From: Batkoa obscura | Taxonomy: Eukaryota | Reading direction: 5' to 3' | DNA: 34,323 nucleotides | Assembly (NCBI GenBank): GCA_030770535.1 | Contig: JASVEC010000188.1 | Coordinates: 1-34,323, forward strand | Part shown: piece by piece, positions 25,591 to 34,323 of the stretch | How positions within the stretch are numbered: position 1 is the first letter of the stretch | Layout: each line of letters opens with the position of its first letter | The notes under the pieces: model-generated | What the model was told of the DNA's origin: nothing | Database searches by the model: none | The model's input: only the letters and a program-made list of their open reading frames with translations | Made by a program: the position numbers and the translations under genes

Positions 25591-26807
25591 ATGGAGGTAA
25601 ACAAAGACGAAGCAATAAGATGTTTAGCCATTGCTAAAAAGAAAGAGCAACAAGGAGATTATTCTTCAGCGTTAAAGTTTTGTCGCAAATCCATTGCTTT
25701 ATTTCCAACCGACCAAGCCAAACAATATTTGAAAATTATTGAGCCAAAAAGTAAAGAAAGCCCAGAAAAAGTAAAAGTTGAAATTAAACAAGAAAAGGAA
25801 AGTGTAAAAATGAGCAATAGTAATTCAAGTAGTAGAGCTTATACAAAAGAGCAAGTGGAAGAAGTCATTGAAATCAAGCGAAATTCAGGAGATTTTTATA
25901 AGATACTCAGGATAACTAAAGAAGCCACTGAAAACGAAATTAAAAAGGCATATAAAAAAGTAAGGAACTTTTCTTTATCTGAACTATAATTCACCTTGTT
26001 ATTAGTTAGCTTTAAAATTCCATCCAGATAAAAATAGCGCCCCAGGAGCAGACGAGGCCTTTAAACGTAATATTATTTAAAAAACAGTTGGAATAAATGC
26101 TTAAATCTTTTATAGTTGTTAGCAAAGCGTTTTCAGTACTGTCAGATCCTGACAAGAAATCAGCTTATGATAGATACGGCGGAGATCCTGAGCAACGTAA
26201 TTCCGGACCACAATATAATCCAGGATTTAGGTATCAAGAAGAAGTAAGTCCTGAAGAGTTATTTAATATGTTTTTTGGGGCTTCAAATTTCGGCCCTGGA
26301 TTTCATAGTACGTTTGTGGGACCAGATGGACGTCAATATATGCGTAGAAATCGTCAACAACCTAGAGCTAATACTACCCAATTTGAAACCAATTTTAACC
26401 TTATTCAGTTACTTCCCATTCTTTTATTACTAGTTTTTTCACTCTTTTCAACTTTATTTACACCAGCTAACTTAAGAGAGCCTGACTATACATTCGAAAG
26501 GGCACCTAGGTTTACTAAAAGTTATAATACTCAATCAAGGGGAATTACTTATTACGCTGATCCTAAAGAGATGCTTACCTTTAAATCTAAGGCAAATAAG
26601 CAGAGATTTAATCAATTTGAAAAGGATGTGGAATCGTATTATGTCAGATCAGTTTATCAACAATGTATTAACCAGAGGGATAGATTAAATAGCGAAATTG
26701 CTGAAGCAACTGGCTGGTTTGGTTGGAATAGAAATGAAAAAAGGCTGAAAGAATTAAGAAGCAGAAGATTACCAAAATGTGATGAATATCGAAGACTTAT
26801 TGGGTAA
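25591..26807 (+). CDS. ER-membrane J-domain protein, DNAJB12/14-Hlj1 type (J domain, TM, DUF1977-like C-terminus), 3 exons
   Basis: MEVNKDEAIRCLAIA...DFYKIL...EIKKAYKK|LALKFHPDKNSAPGADEAFK|LVSKAFSVLSDPDKKSAYDRYG...EEVSPEELFNMFFG, TM segment LIQLLPILLLLVFSL, C-terminal C...C. Introns at 25960-26005 and 26067-26115. Confidence 0.93.
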
Positions 26808-27407
26808 TTTTAAAATCGTGCTTTTAAAAAATGTTAGATTATCTCCTTTTACTTTAATATAATCTCTTTTTATTTTACTCATGTTATAATATGTTATTCT
26901 TTAATTATTTATTTATTTATTTAGTATGTTTTTGAAAAATAATCAGATTTGTCCAAGTAAGTGTCTTTTATAAAATAAATTTAGGAGTACTAAGTATAAT
27001 TAAGTTTATTGTTTGAATATCATGAGTTATATGAGGCAATTAAATAAGCACATTTTGGTAATAAGTAGGCTCTCACAGTTTATTTTTAATTTTGAAAGTA
27101 TTTAGTTAAAAATATTTATACGAATGCATGTTTATTATATTTATTTCTATATCAGCATACCTTGATTATAGTTTACTTCAAGTACCGTCTTTTCAGATAT
27201 TTTACACGATATATACGACATTGGTTTACTTAATATTATGAATCAATCCAAAGTCGCTAAACCATAAAGTTTTATTTGTGTATTATAAAACATTATAAAA
27301 AACTAGTCATGAAAAGTGGTGTAGTTTACTACTGTTTATTAAAATAATCATCTCAGAATAAATTTTATGGTGGCATATAAGTAAAAAGTGTTGTACACTT
27401 TATAAAA

Positions 27408-27699
27408 TTAATTAAACTTTACATTTTTGATGCCTTCTCCAGAGTAAATTTCTAGCTGCCTTTTACCCTTTCTTAATAAAAATTCAATGGTATTAAAATC
27501 TTTATGATCTATATTTTTATATTTATCAAACTGATATCTTGCATATTGTTTAAATGATGTCCTGTTCTCCTACAATTATTTAGTTATAAATGATTCCTTA
27601 TAATTTTATACTATTGTTTACTTCTGGCTTCAATCTTACTGCTCTTAACACAGTACGATACAATGCTAATATTTCTTTTTGCAAACCCGATTTCTTCAT
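27408..27699 (-). CDS. SDHAF1: Succinate dehydrogenase assembly factor 1 (LYR-motif protein, Sdh6), 79 aa, 2 exons; absent from ORF track
   Basis: Exons 27699-27622 and 27569-27408 give MKKSGLQKEILALYRTVLRAVRLKPE|ENRTSFKQYARYQFDKYKNIDHKDFNTIEFLLRKGKRQLEIYSGEGIKNVKFN*. SGLQxExLxLYR and DFxTIEFLLRKGxRQLE are characteristic of Sdh6/SDHAF1. Confidence 0.92.
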
Positions 27700-27846
27700 T
27701 AAAATTAAAATGAAATTTTAAAAAATCATATTTTGAAAAATAGTTTAATCATTTCTGAATAAAGGTGAAATATGATTGGTTAATCAAATGTCAATTTGAT
27801 GCTTGTTGATAATTTAGATTTCATGAATTCAAAATTCAAATTGCTC

Positions 27847-27980
27847 TGTTGACTCATTTTAAACATAATATGGGTATTTGATTTTTTATTTTTCAAATAC
27901 AAAAATAGAAAAAATCTTTATATTAAACTCAGCAAACACAAAATCAAAAATGCCCATTTCGTGTTTAAATCAAATCAATA
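27847..27980. repeat. Imperfect ~40-bp inverted repeat pair (possible second MITE family)
   Basis: Left arm TGTTGACTCATTTTAAACATAATATGGGTATTTGATTTT (27847-27885). Reverse complement of the right arm (27940-27980) is TATTGATTTGATTTAAACACGAAATGGGCATTTTTGATTTT. Confidence 0.5.
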
Positions 27981-28067
27981 GTAGGATTTTTTTAAAGGAC
28001 GATTAGTAATTCTATAGCTGCGCATTTCGAATATAAATAAACACAAATTGATTATTTTTATAGAAAA

Positions 28068-28721
28068 ATGAAAACTCCTAGTAAATTAACTGAACATCCA
28101 AGAATTAAAGAGCTGAATGAGTTAATTCAAGCTTGTGGTAAATCAATTGTTATTATGACTTACAAGTATAATAAACTATATTAGATTCCTTTAACAAAAA
28201 GACAAATACAAAATTAACTTTGCATCAAATAAAAGTTCTTAGTTGCTGTATTCAGGTATAGCTTATTATTTACTATTTATTTTCGTAATATTTGTTTATT
28301 TTATAGATACCAGAAGGTAATTTGAGAGTACAAGTATAATAGATGCGTATTTTAAAATACAAATAGGCAGCTTTAGTACTTATGGGGCTATTGCTAGAGC
28401 ATTAAAGAGTTCACCAAGAGCTGGTAATTCATTTTGTTGTTTTTAAAAGCAAACTTTGTAATGTGTTTAAGTTGGTCAAGCATTAAGAAATAATCCTTTT
28501 GCGCCTACAGTACCATGCCATAGAGTCATAACTTCAGATTATAAGATTGGTGGTTTTGATGGGTATCCTTGTATAAACTAATATTGATTACTTTATTAAC
28601 TATTTAAAGTCAATGGGGCTCTGGCACGAAGATACAGGCTAAAAAAGAATTATTAACTAAAGAAGGTTTAGTTTTTAATGAGAAGTTAAAAACTAAACTT
28701 TTTATCAATTTTGAAGTTTAA
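28068..28721 (+). CDS. MGMT: O6-methylguanine-DNA methyltransferase (alkyltransferase), 6 exons; absent from ORF track
   Basis: Exons 28068-28137, 28185-28255, 28307-28316, 28367-28423, 28472-28562 and 28610-28721 give ...LTLHQIKVLSCCIQIPEGSFSTYGAIARALKSSPRAVGQALRNNPFAPTVPCHRVITSDYKIGGFDGQWGSG...KKELLTKEG. PCHRV active site and RAVG motif present. The start codon is less certain. Confidence 0.92.
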
Positions 28722-29074
28722 CTAGTATAAATTTTCTTAATAAATTATATATACCACTACTATATACACACATTGTTTATATATATATATATATTATATA
28801 TGCCCTTATATTAATAGAATTGGAATAAATAAATTAAAAAATGAAAAAGCTTTTTACATTTAAATTAACGTCAAATAACATCAATTACCTAGTCTTAAAC
28901 CTAACTTGATTAAGATTGTATCTTTTTTTGACTTTGTTTAATTCTGTGCTTATATCAAAAATAGAACTATAAAGCTCATATTTACGTCACTTATAACAGA
29001 AACAGCATAAAGTGATGATTAAAAATTAACTTATCACTATTTGAACATTAGTTTCCTTTCTTTTTTTAAATAAA

Positions 29075-29644
29075 ATGTTAAATCACCCAATTCGTGTTTA
29101 TTTAATAACTACTTTGCAACATACACTAGCATTAGGATTCACCTATGTATCTTTGATATTCCCTAACTGGCTAGTCTTTCGAGCACCAGAGCCTCTAGGT
29201 TTTCGTACAACTTATGGATTATTTCAAAAGTGTTCTATAATAACTAATCACTGTCGACCATTTCCAGATGAAGTTCAAGGAGATTGTAATGAAGAAGGCT
29301 TTTGTAGATTATGGTACACTGCAAGGTACACTCAACTTTTTGCTACTATTTTAGGTACTATTACCCTCTTTTTCTTCCTCTTTATACTTTTTAGTGACGC
29401 GCGTAAACAATACAAAGCTTGGCCTTTAGCTTTAGGTGCTTCTGCTGCTTATACTGTATTGCAATTGGTTTCGTTTTCTTCCATCGCTTACTTGTTTAAT
29501 AATTCTGCTGAGTTCTATATTGGAACTAACTATGATTTTTCTTTCTATTTAAATTTAGCTTCATGGTTACTTTCAGTTATTGGAGGTGCAGTAATTTTGG
29601 TTTCATTTCCATTCAGGGCTAACGGATATCAAGAAATTAATTAA
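29075..29644 (+). CDS. Four-TM claudin/PMP22/SUR7-like membrane protein, intronless
   Basis: 189 aa with four hydrophobic segments, a first-loop W...YGLFQKC...C...C...FC pattern resembling the claudin W-GLW-C-C signature, and a YDFSFYLNLASW motif at TM4. Confidence 0.75.
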   Translation: MLNHPIRVYLITTLQHTLALGFTYVSLIFPNWLVFRAPEPLGFRTTYGLFQKCSIITNHCRPFPDEVQGDCNEEGFCRLWYTARYTQLFATILGTITLFFFLFILFSDARKQYKAWPLALGASAAYTVLQLVSFSSIAYLFNNSAEFYIGTNYDFSFYLNLASWLLSVIGGAVILVSFPFRANGYQEIN

Positions 29645-31525
29645 GCTACTAAAACGGAAGCCTTCTATATTATTTATTATTCATGAAATAAATATAAAAA
29701 TCCATAATTAGCTTTTTTAATTTAACATTAAATTGTATATTTATTTATTTGTTTAAGTATACTTCAAACGGAAAATCTCAAATTGTATATCATTGTTATG
29801 GTAAAATTGTATTTCAGCCTTAAATCGAGTATAGATGGAAATACCTTTCCACTTTATTGTTTTCCCATTTATGCTAGGGTAAACTTGAAAATTCTACTTA
29901 ATGTTGAAATAAAACATTATATTATCAACCCATAGCCTATTTTCTTGATAAAATAACAAATATGAATAAAAGAACATCCCATGTGTAAAACTTAGCAAAC
30001 TAAATATTTATAATATCTATTCAACAACTAAGTAATAAGTTATATTTGCATTATCCTTGAATACTTTTAACAGCTTCACAAAATACAAAGTATTATTTAA
30101 GAATTATAATTTGTAATAAAAGTTTATTTTAATCATCCTTTATAATAGTTTCACTTAACTATTATAATAATCTAGATATTTATTAACTCTGAAATTATTA
30201 TACTAAGAATATAATATTAGTAATTTAGCAAAAATAAAGAGAATAAATCATTGAAAAATCATACAAAATTATTAAATATAATCTATTATTAAAAAGTGTA
30301 TTATGATCTTATAAATAACTTTTAGCGTAATAAAGGAAATAATACAATCATTTAATTATACTTGTTTCAAATCTAATTATAAAATTAAATAAAAGATGAT
30401 TAAAATTATTATTGTAATTAGTATCTAATTTATGTACTTTGTTTCTCATTATTGAGTAAAGCGTTAAATTTTCGAATAAAGTTTTTATCAGTATTATAAT
30501 AGTTCAACTTATTTCGAAGTATCCATCATATAAATCTTCTTTAATATATTACTACATAAAGTATATTATTTTAACAAACCAAATTTTATTATTTAAAATA
30601 GAATTAATGGTTAATTTTAAATTAAGCTGTAACAAAAAAGCCACAAGAAAATTAAATTTTAATTTAATTTAATTTAAACCGGCTCGGCTAAAGGAATAAT
30701 AACGCTTAACAAGAACAGACAGTAGATGGATTTTGTGTGAATATGTATTTGATATATCTTGTGAAATGTATATTTAATAAATAGTAATAAAAATACAGTT
30801 ATAATGAAAGTGGCATAAAAAGTTGTATATTTAGTTGGTAATAAAAGTTTCTATTCCAAACAACTTTTAGTTTGAATTGATAGTTATGAAATATTTTCTA
30901 AATTAAATAACCAATTTAAATCGATAAAATGATTTCATAATGAAATCACTCTTACTAGAACCTAGAAACGTTGAAATTTAAAAATAAAAATGAGTCAAAT
31001 AAAGTTAAATCTAGTTAATAATTTAATGAAGATTTACTTCATTCAATATTTTATATGATCTGTATCAAATAACTGAGCTTCAATATTGATAGTAGCAATG
31101 ATGAAAATAAAGATAATTAAAAATATAAACGCAAATAATTCTAGGTCTGATCAAAGTATTACCGCTAAAGCTGTTCCAGCCAATAAAAATCTTTGGTATA
31201 AGACCAACTTTAAACATAAAATGGCCAGTTGAATTTATTTGGAATCTTAAATTAACACCATTGCTATAGATGTTTGCTAATTGACAATTGTTCATGTAAG
31301 AATGACCAATAGATTTTTTGGGGATGCCCAATCAAAAAGATATAATGACAAATTTAAGTAGAGAACTTCCAAATATAGTAATCAAAAATTGGATTGGTAA
31401 TCAAGGTGTAATTTTATTATGATTGAACTCAGCAAATGTTATAAATATAAAAGCAGAGACATGAATTTAGGATAAATTTAATTACTGGAAATTTCCAAAC
31501 ATTTCTAAATCATTCAAATATTCAG

Positions 31526-32957
31526 ATGTTTGATAGTCTTCGTTCTATATTAAAAGGTTCTCCAACTAAATCAAAATTTGATAGCGTACATATGAATCAA
31601 TTACCTGATCATATAGCTGAACAGCTAAAGAAATCGAAAATCAAGCAGTTTGAATCTGTACCTTACTTGCATTTCCTTAATAAACTTGGAGAGTAAGTAT
31701 TATAATTAAATCTAACAACTAGAGACTTATATTTTATTTAGCGGTGCTTTTAGCAATGTCTATAGAGCTTATGACTCTCTTTTAGAAAAAGAGGTAGCTG
31801 TGAAGGTAGTAGATAAGCTTCATTTAAGCCCTAGCCAACGTAATTTTGTACACAAAGAAGTAGCCATTCTTAGAGCTTGTAATCATCCTAATATTGTTAA
31901 ACTCCATCACTTCCATGAAGATAAATATCATTATATGGTCTCTTTAGAATTAGTTAATGGTGGCGAATTATTCAATAAGATCATTGATCATACCTATTTT
32001 TCCGAACCATTGTGTCGCCATGTTATCTCTCAAGTAGCTGAAGGAATTAGATATCTCCATGAAGAGCAAGGTGTAGTTCATCGTGATATTAAGCCTGAAA
32101 ACATTCTATTTGAAAAAATCCCAATAATTGAAGATCCTGAACCTTATTTAGCTAAAGGATATAAAGTCCATGAAGGCCGCGAAGGTGAAGGTTATATCGT
32201 AGAGGGAATTGGTGGTGCTGGCATTGGAAGAGTTAAAATTGCTGATTTTGGACTTAGTAAAAAAGTCATGGATAAATGCACACAAACCCCTTGTGGTACA
32301 GTTGGTTATACTGCACCAGAAATCGTCAAAGATGAGCTTTACAGTTATTCAGTCGATATGTGGGCTTTAGGATGTGTTCTCTATACTTTATTATGTGGAT
32401 TCCCACCTTTTTATGATGAAGATATTAATATTTTGACCGAAAAGGTAGCACATGGCTACTTTGAATTCCTTACCCCATGGTGGGATGATATTTCTAAATC
32501 AGCCAAATCTTTAGTATCACATTTATTAGTAGTTAATCCTAAAGTTAGATATGATTGCAATAATTTGTTTACTCATCCATGGATGCGCCAAGAGAAACCA
32601 CCAATGGCTAAACGTCGTGCTGCACATTCATTAGCCACACCTATTACACCTAGTGTTACACTTAAAGCAGCTTTTGATGTTTCATTTGCAGTACAAATTC
32701 TCCAGGACGATGATACAAATCGTCGTATAGGAACCTTAGATAAAGGCACAGTTTCACTTGAAGACACAACAAACTATGAAGCACTCAATTCATTACACGA
32801 ATCTAATCAAATGAAATTGTTTAACCGTGGTATCCTTGGTGAAGAAGAGGTTGAAAAGGGATTTGCTCTTAATTTGAATAAGGCCAGTATCTTAGACAAG
32901 AGACAAAGAAAAGTAGATAAAGCCCCAAGGAAACAACCCATATCGATAGTAGCTTAA
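31526..32957 (+). CDS. CAMK-group Ser/Thr kinase, Rck2/Srk1 (Hog1/Sty1-activated MAPKAP kinase) type, 2 exons
   Basis: Exon 31526-31692 plus intron 31693-31741 restores KLGDGAFSNVY. Also VAVKVV, HRDIKPENILF, the Gly-rich insert EGIGGAGIGRVKIADFGLSK typical of Rck2/Srk1, TPCGTVGYTAPE and PWWDDISKSAK. Confidence 0.92.
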
Positions 32958-33615
32958 TTTATTTCTAACTTACAATATACTGCCCAGGGGCTACCTTATT
33001 TTGACTCCTCTAACCTATTATACTTAAAAAAAGATACTTAACTGTTTAAATTTACGTTACATTTTTTAATAAATATTTTATTCTGTAATTTATGTTTTAT
33101 TTGACAAACATTATAAATACTAAGAAATATATTTGTTTAAGAGTAGAAATAGAGAGTTTGACAAATTAATATTGATTTTTGAAACTCATAAATAAAGACA
33201 GCTTTCAAGTCAACCATTTTTTCAGCCTAGTTTAATATACTTTTCAGATTTAATTTGATTGAGTTGTTTATTCCTTAAACAAATTCAACGTATTGAAATA
33301 ACATACCAATACTAAAATAAATCATATAGTTAGGGGCCTAATTTGATACTAGTCTCAGTTAATAAATAGTTTTGTTTAAATAGCCTTCAAGTTCAATATG
33401 ACTATTTTAATTAGATAGAAAACAAGTTTGAAATTAAGTAAAAGTTGGAGAATAATAGAAAATATTTCATTTTAGTCATTGAACTAGTACTATACTATCC
33501 CTCTTCTCGATGTGATTTCGTATTAGTTATCTTACATATTTTATATATCTGATGTTTAACTGTTTCTGTATTTTTTTCTACTCATAGATTTAAATGAATA
33601 ATTAATTTGTTACTC

Positions 33616-33723
33616 TATATGGGATGTATTTTAATGTTTAAGAGTTTTACTAACAAATTTTCCGCTTAAACAGCGCTTAAAAAATGGAAAAATAATGAAG
33701 TCGTAAAAAAACACTCCCATATA
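33616..33723 (+). mobile_element. ~105-bp MITE-like foldback repeat, copy 9
   Basis: TATATGGGATGTATTTTAATGTTTAAGAGTTTTACTAACAAATTTTCCGCTTAAACAGCGCTTAAAAAATGGAAAAATAATGAAGTCGTAAAAAAACACTCCCATATA. Confidence 0.85.
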
Positions 33724-34021
33724 TCCTTCTTTTAAATACCTAATGGTATAACACTTACTGTCTTTAACAAATACTCCGAAAACAAAATAATAATAAGGTC
33801 TATATTAATCTCTTCGTTAAACTTTAGTTGAAAATGCTTACTTTTATGTGGACTATAGGCTTGTAGTCCAGTTCAAATAGTTATAAGGTGGATAAAAAAC
33901 AAATATAAAAATAAACAATTCTTCTCTTATATTGAATTCAAATAATTTGATACAGTCTAAATGTAAGCCAATAGCATAGGATATCCATTGACAATTACCT
34001 AATAGTACAGTACGAAGGGGC

Positions 34022-34124
34022 ATATGGAGTGTTTTTTGGCTTCATCACTTTTTCTGTCTTTTAAGCGCTATTTGAATCGAAAATTACTAGTAAGATTCTT
34101 AAACACAAAAATATATTACCATAT
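34022..34124 (-). mobile_element. ~105-bp MITE-like foldback repeat, copy 10
   Basis: Reverse complement ATATGGTAATATATTTTTGTGTTTAAGAATCTTACTAGTAATTTTCGATTCAAATAGCGCTTAAAAGACAGAAAAAGTGATGAAGCCAAAAAACACTCCATAT. Confidence 0.8.
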
Positions 34125-34244
34125 TTTTATAGATATACAAATTTGTTCATTTGGGTGCAGCTATTTTGAACCTAATAAATTAAATATAAACCTGAGAAGT
34201 TATTTGAATTAAATAGTAATTTTATGATGTCACGAGGAATAAGC

Positions 34245-34317
34245 GCCTTCTTGGCTCAGTTGGCAGAGCGTCCGCCTAGTAAGCGGAAGGTCATTGGTTC
34301 GATTCCGATAGAAGGCA
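34245..34317 (+). tRNA. tRNA-Thr, anticodon AGT, intronless
   Basis: Acceptor stem GCCTTCT/AGAAGGC plus discriminator A, D arm GCTC..GAGC, anticodon stem TCCGC/GCGGA with loop CTAGTAA, T loop GGTTCGATTCC; 73 nt. Confidence 0.96.
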
Positions 34318-34323
34318 CATACC

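Noticed and set aside
31080..31331. 83-aa minus-strand ORF upstream of the kinase
   Set aside because: Non-ATG start, no recognisable domain or supporting exon structure.
33330..33353. TTAGG-GG-CCTAA hairpin followed by CTAG|T, like a Helitron 3' end
   Set aside because: The hairpin is too short and weak, with no second copy or 5' end identified.

Overview
AT-rich eukaryotic nuclear DNA with compact genes and short (~45-100 nt) GT-AG introns. The gene set is fungal-like, and a methylmalonyl-CoA epimerase suggests an early-diverging (non-Dikarya) fungus (inference). Genes in order: MOT1/BTAF1 5' part (-, runs off the left edge), PRPP synthetase (+), a divergent Sec1/Munc18 protein (-), Eaf7/MRGBP (+), AKR7-type aldo-keto reductase (-), methylmalonyl-CoA epimerase (-), transketolase (-), an ALMT/FUSC/ArAE-type membrane protein (+), DNAJB12/Hlj1-type J-protein (+), SDHAF1/Sdh6 (-), O6-alkylguanine alkyltransferase (+), a claudin/SUR7-like protein (+), Rck2/Srk1-like kinase (+) and tRNA-Thr(AGT) (+). 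The epimerase, SDHAF1 and alkyltransferase genes are absent from the ORF track and were reconstructed by hand. Two features stand out. (1) A ~105-bp MITE-like foldback element occurs in 10 intergenic copies, with paired substitutions in both stems and recurrent inverted-pair arrangements. (2) Three single-base frameshifts interrupt an otherwise well-conserved MOT1; these are most likely assembly indels, but recoding or pseudogenisation is not excluded. I cannot confirm a wholly new biological system from sequence alone; the repeat family is the best candidate.
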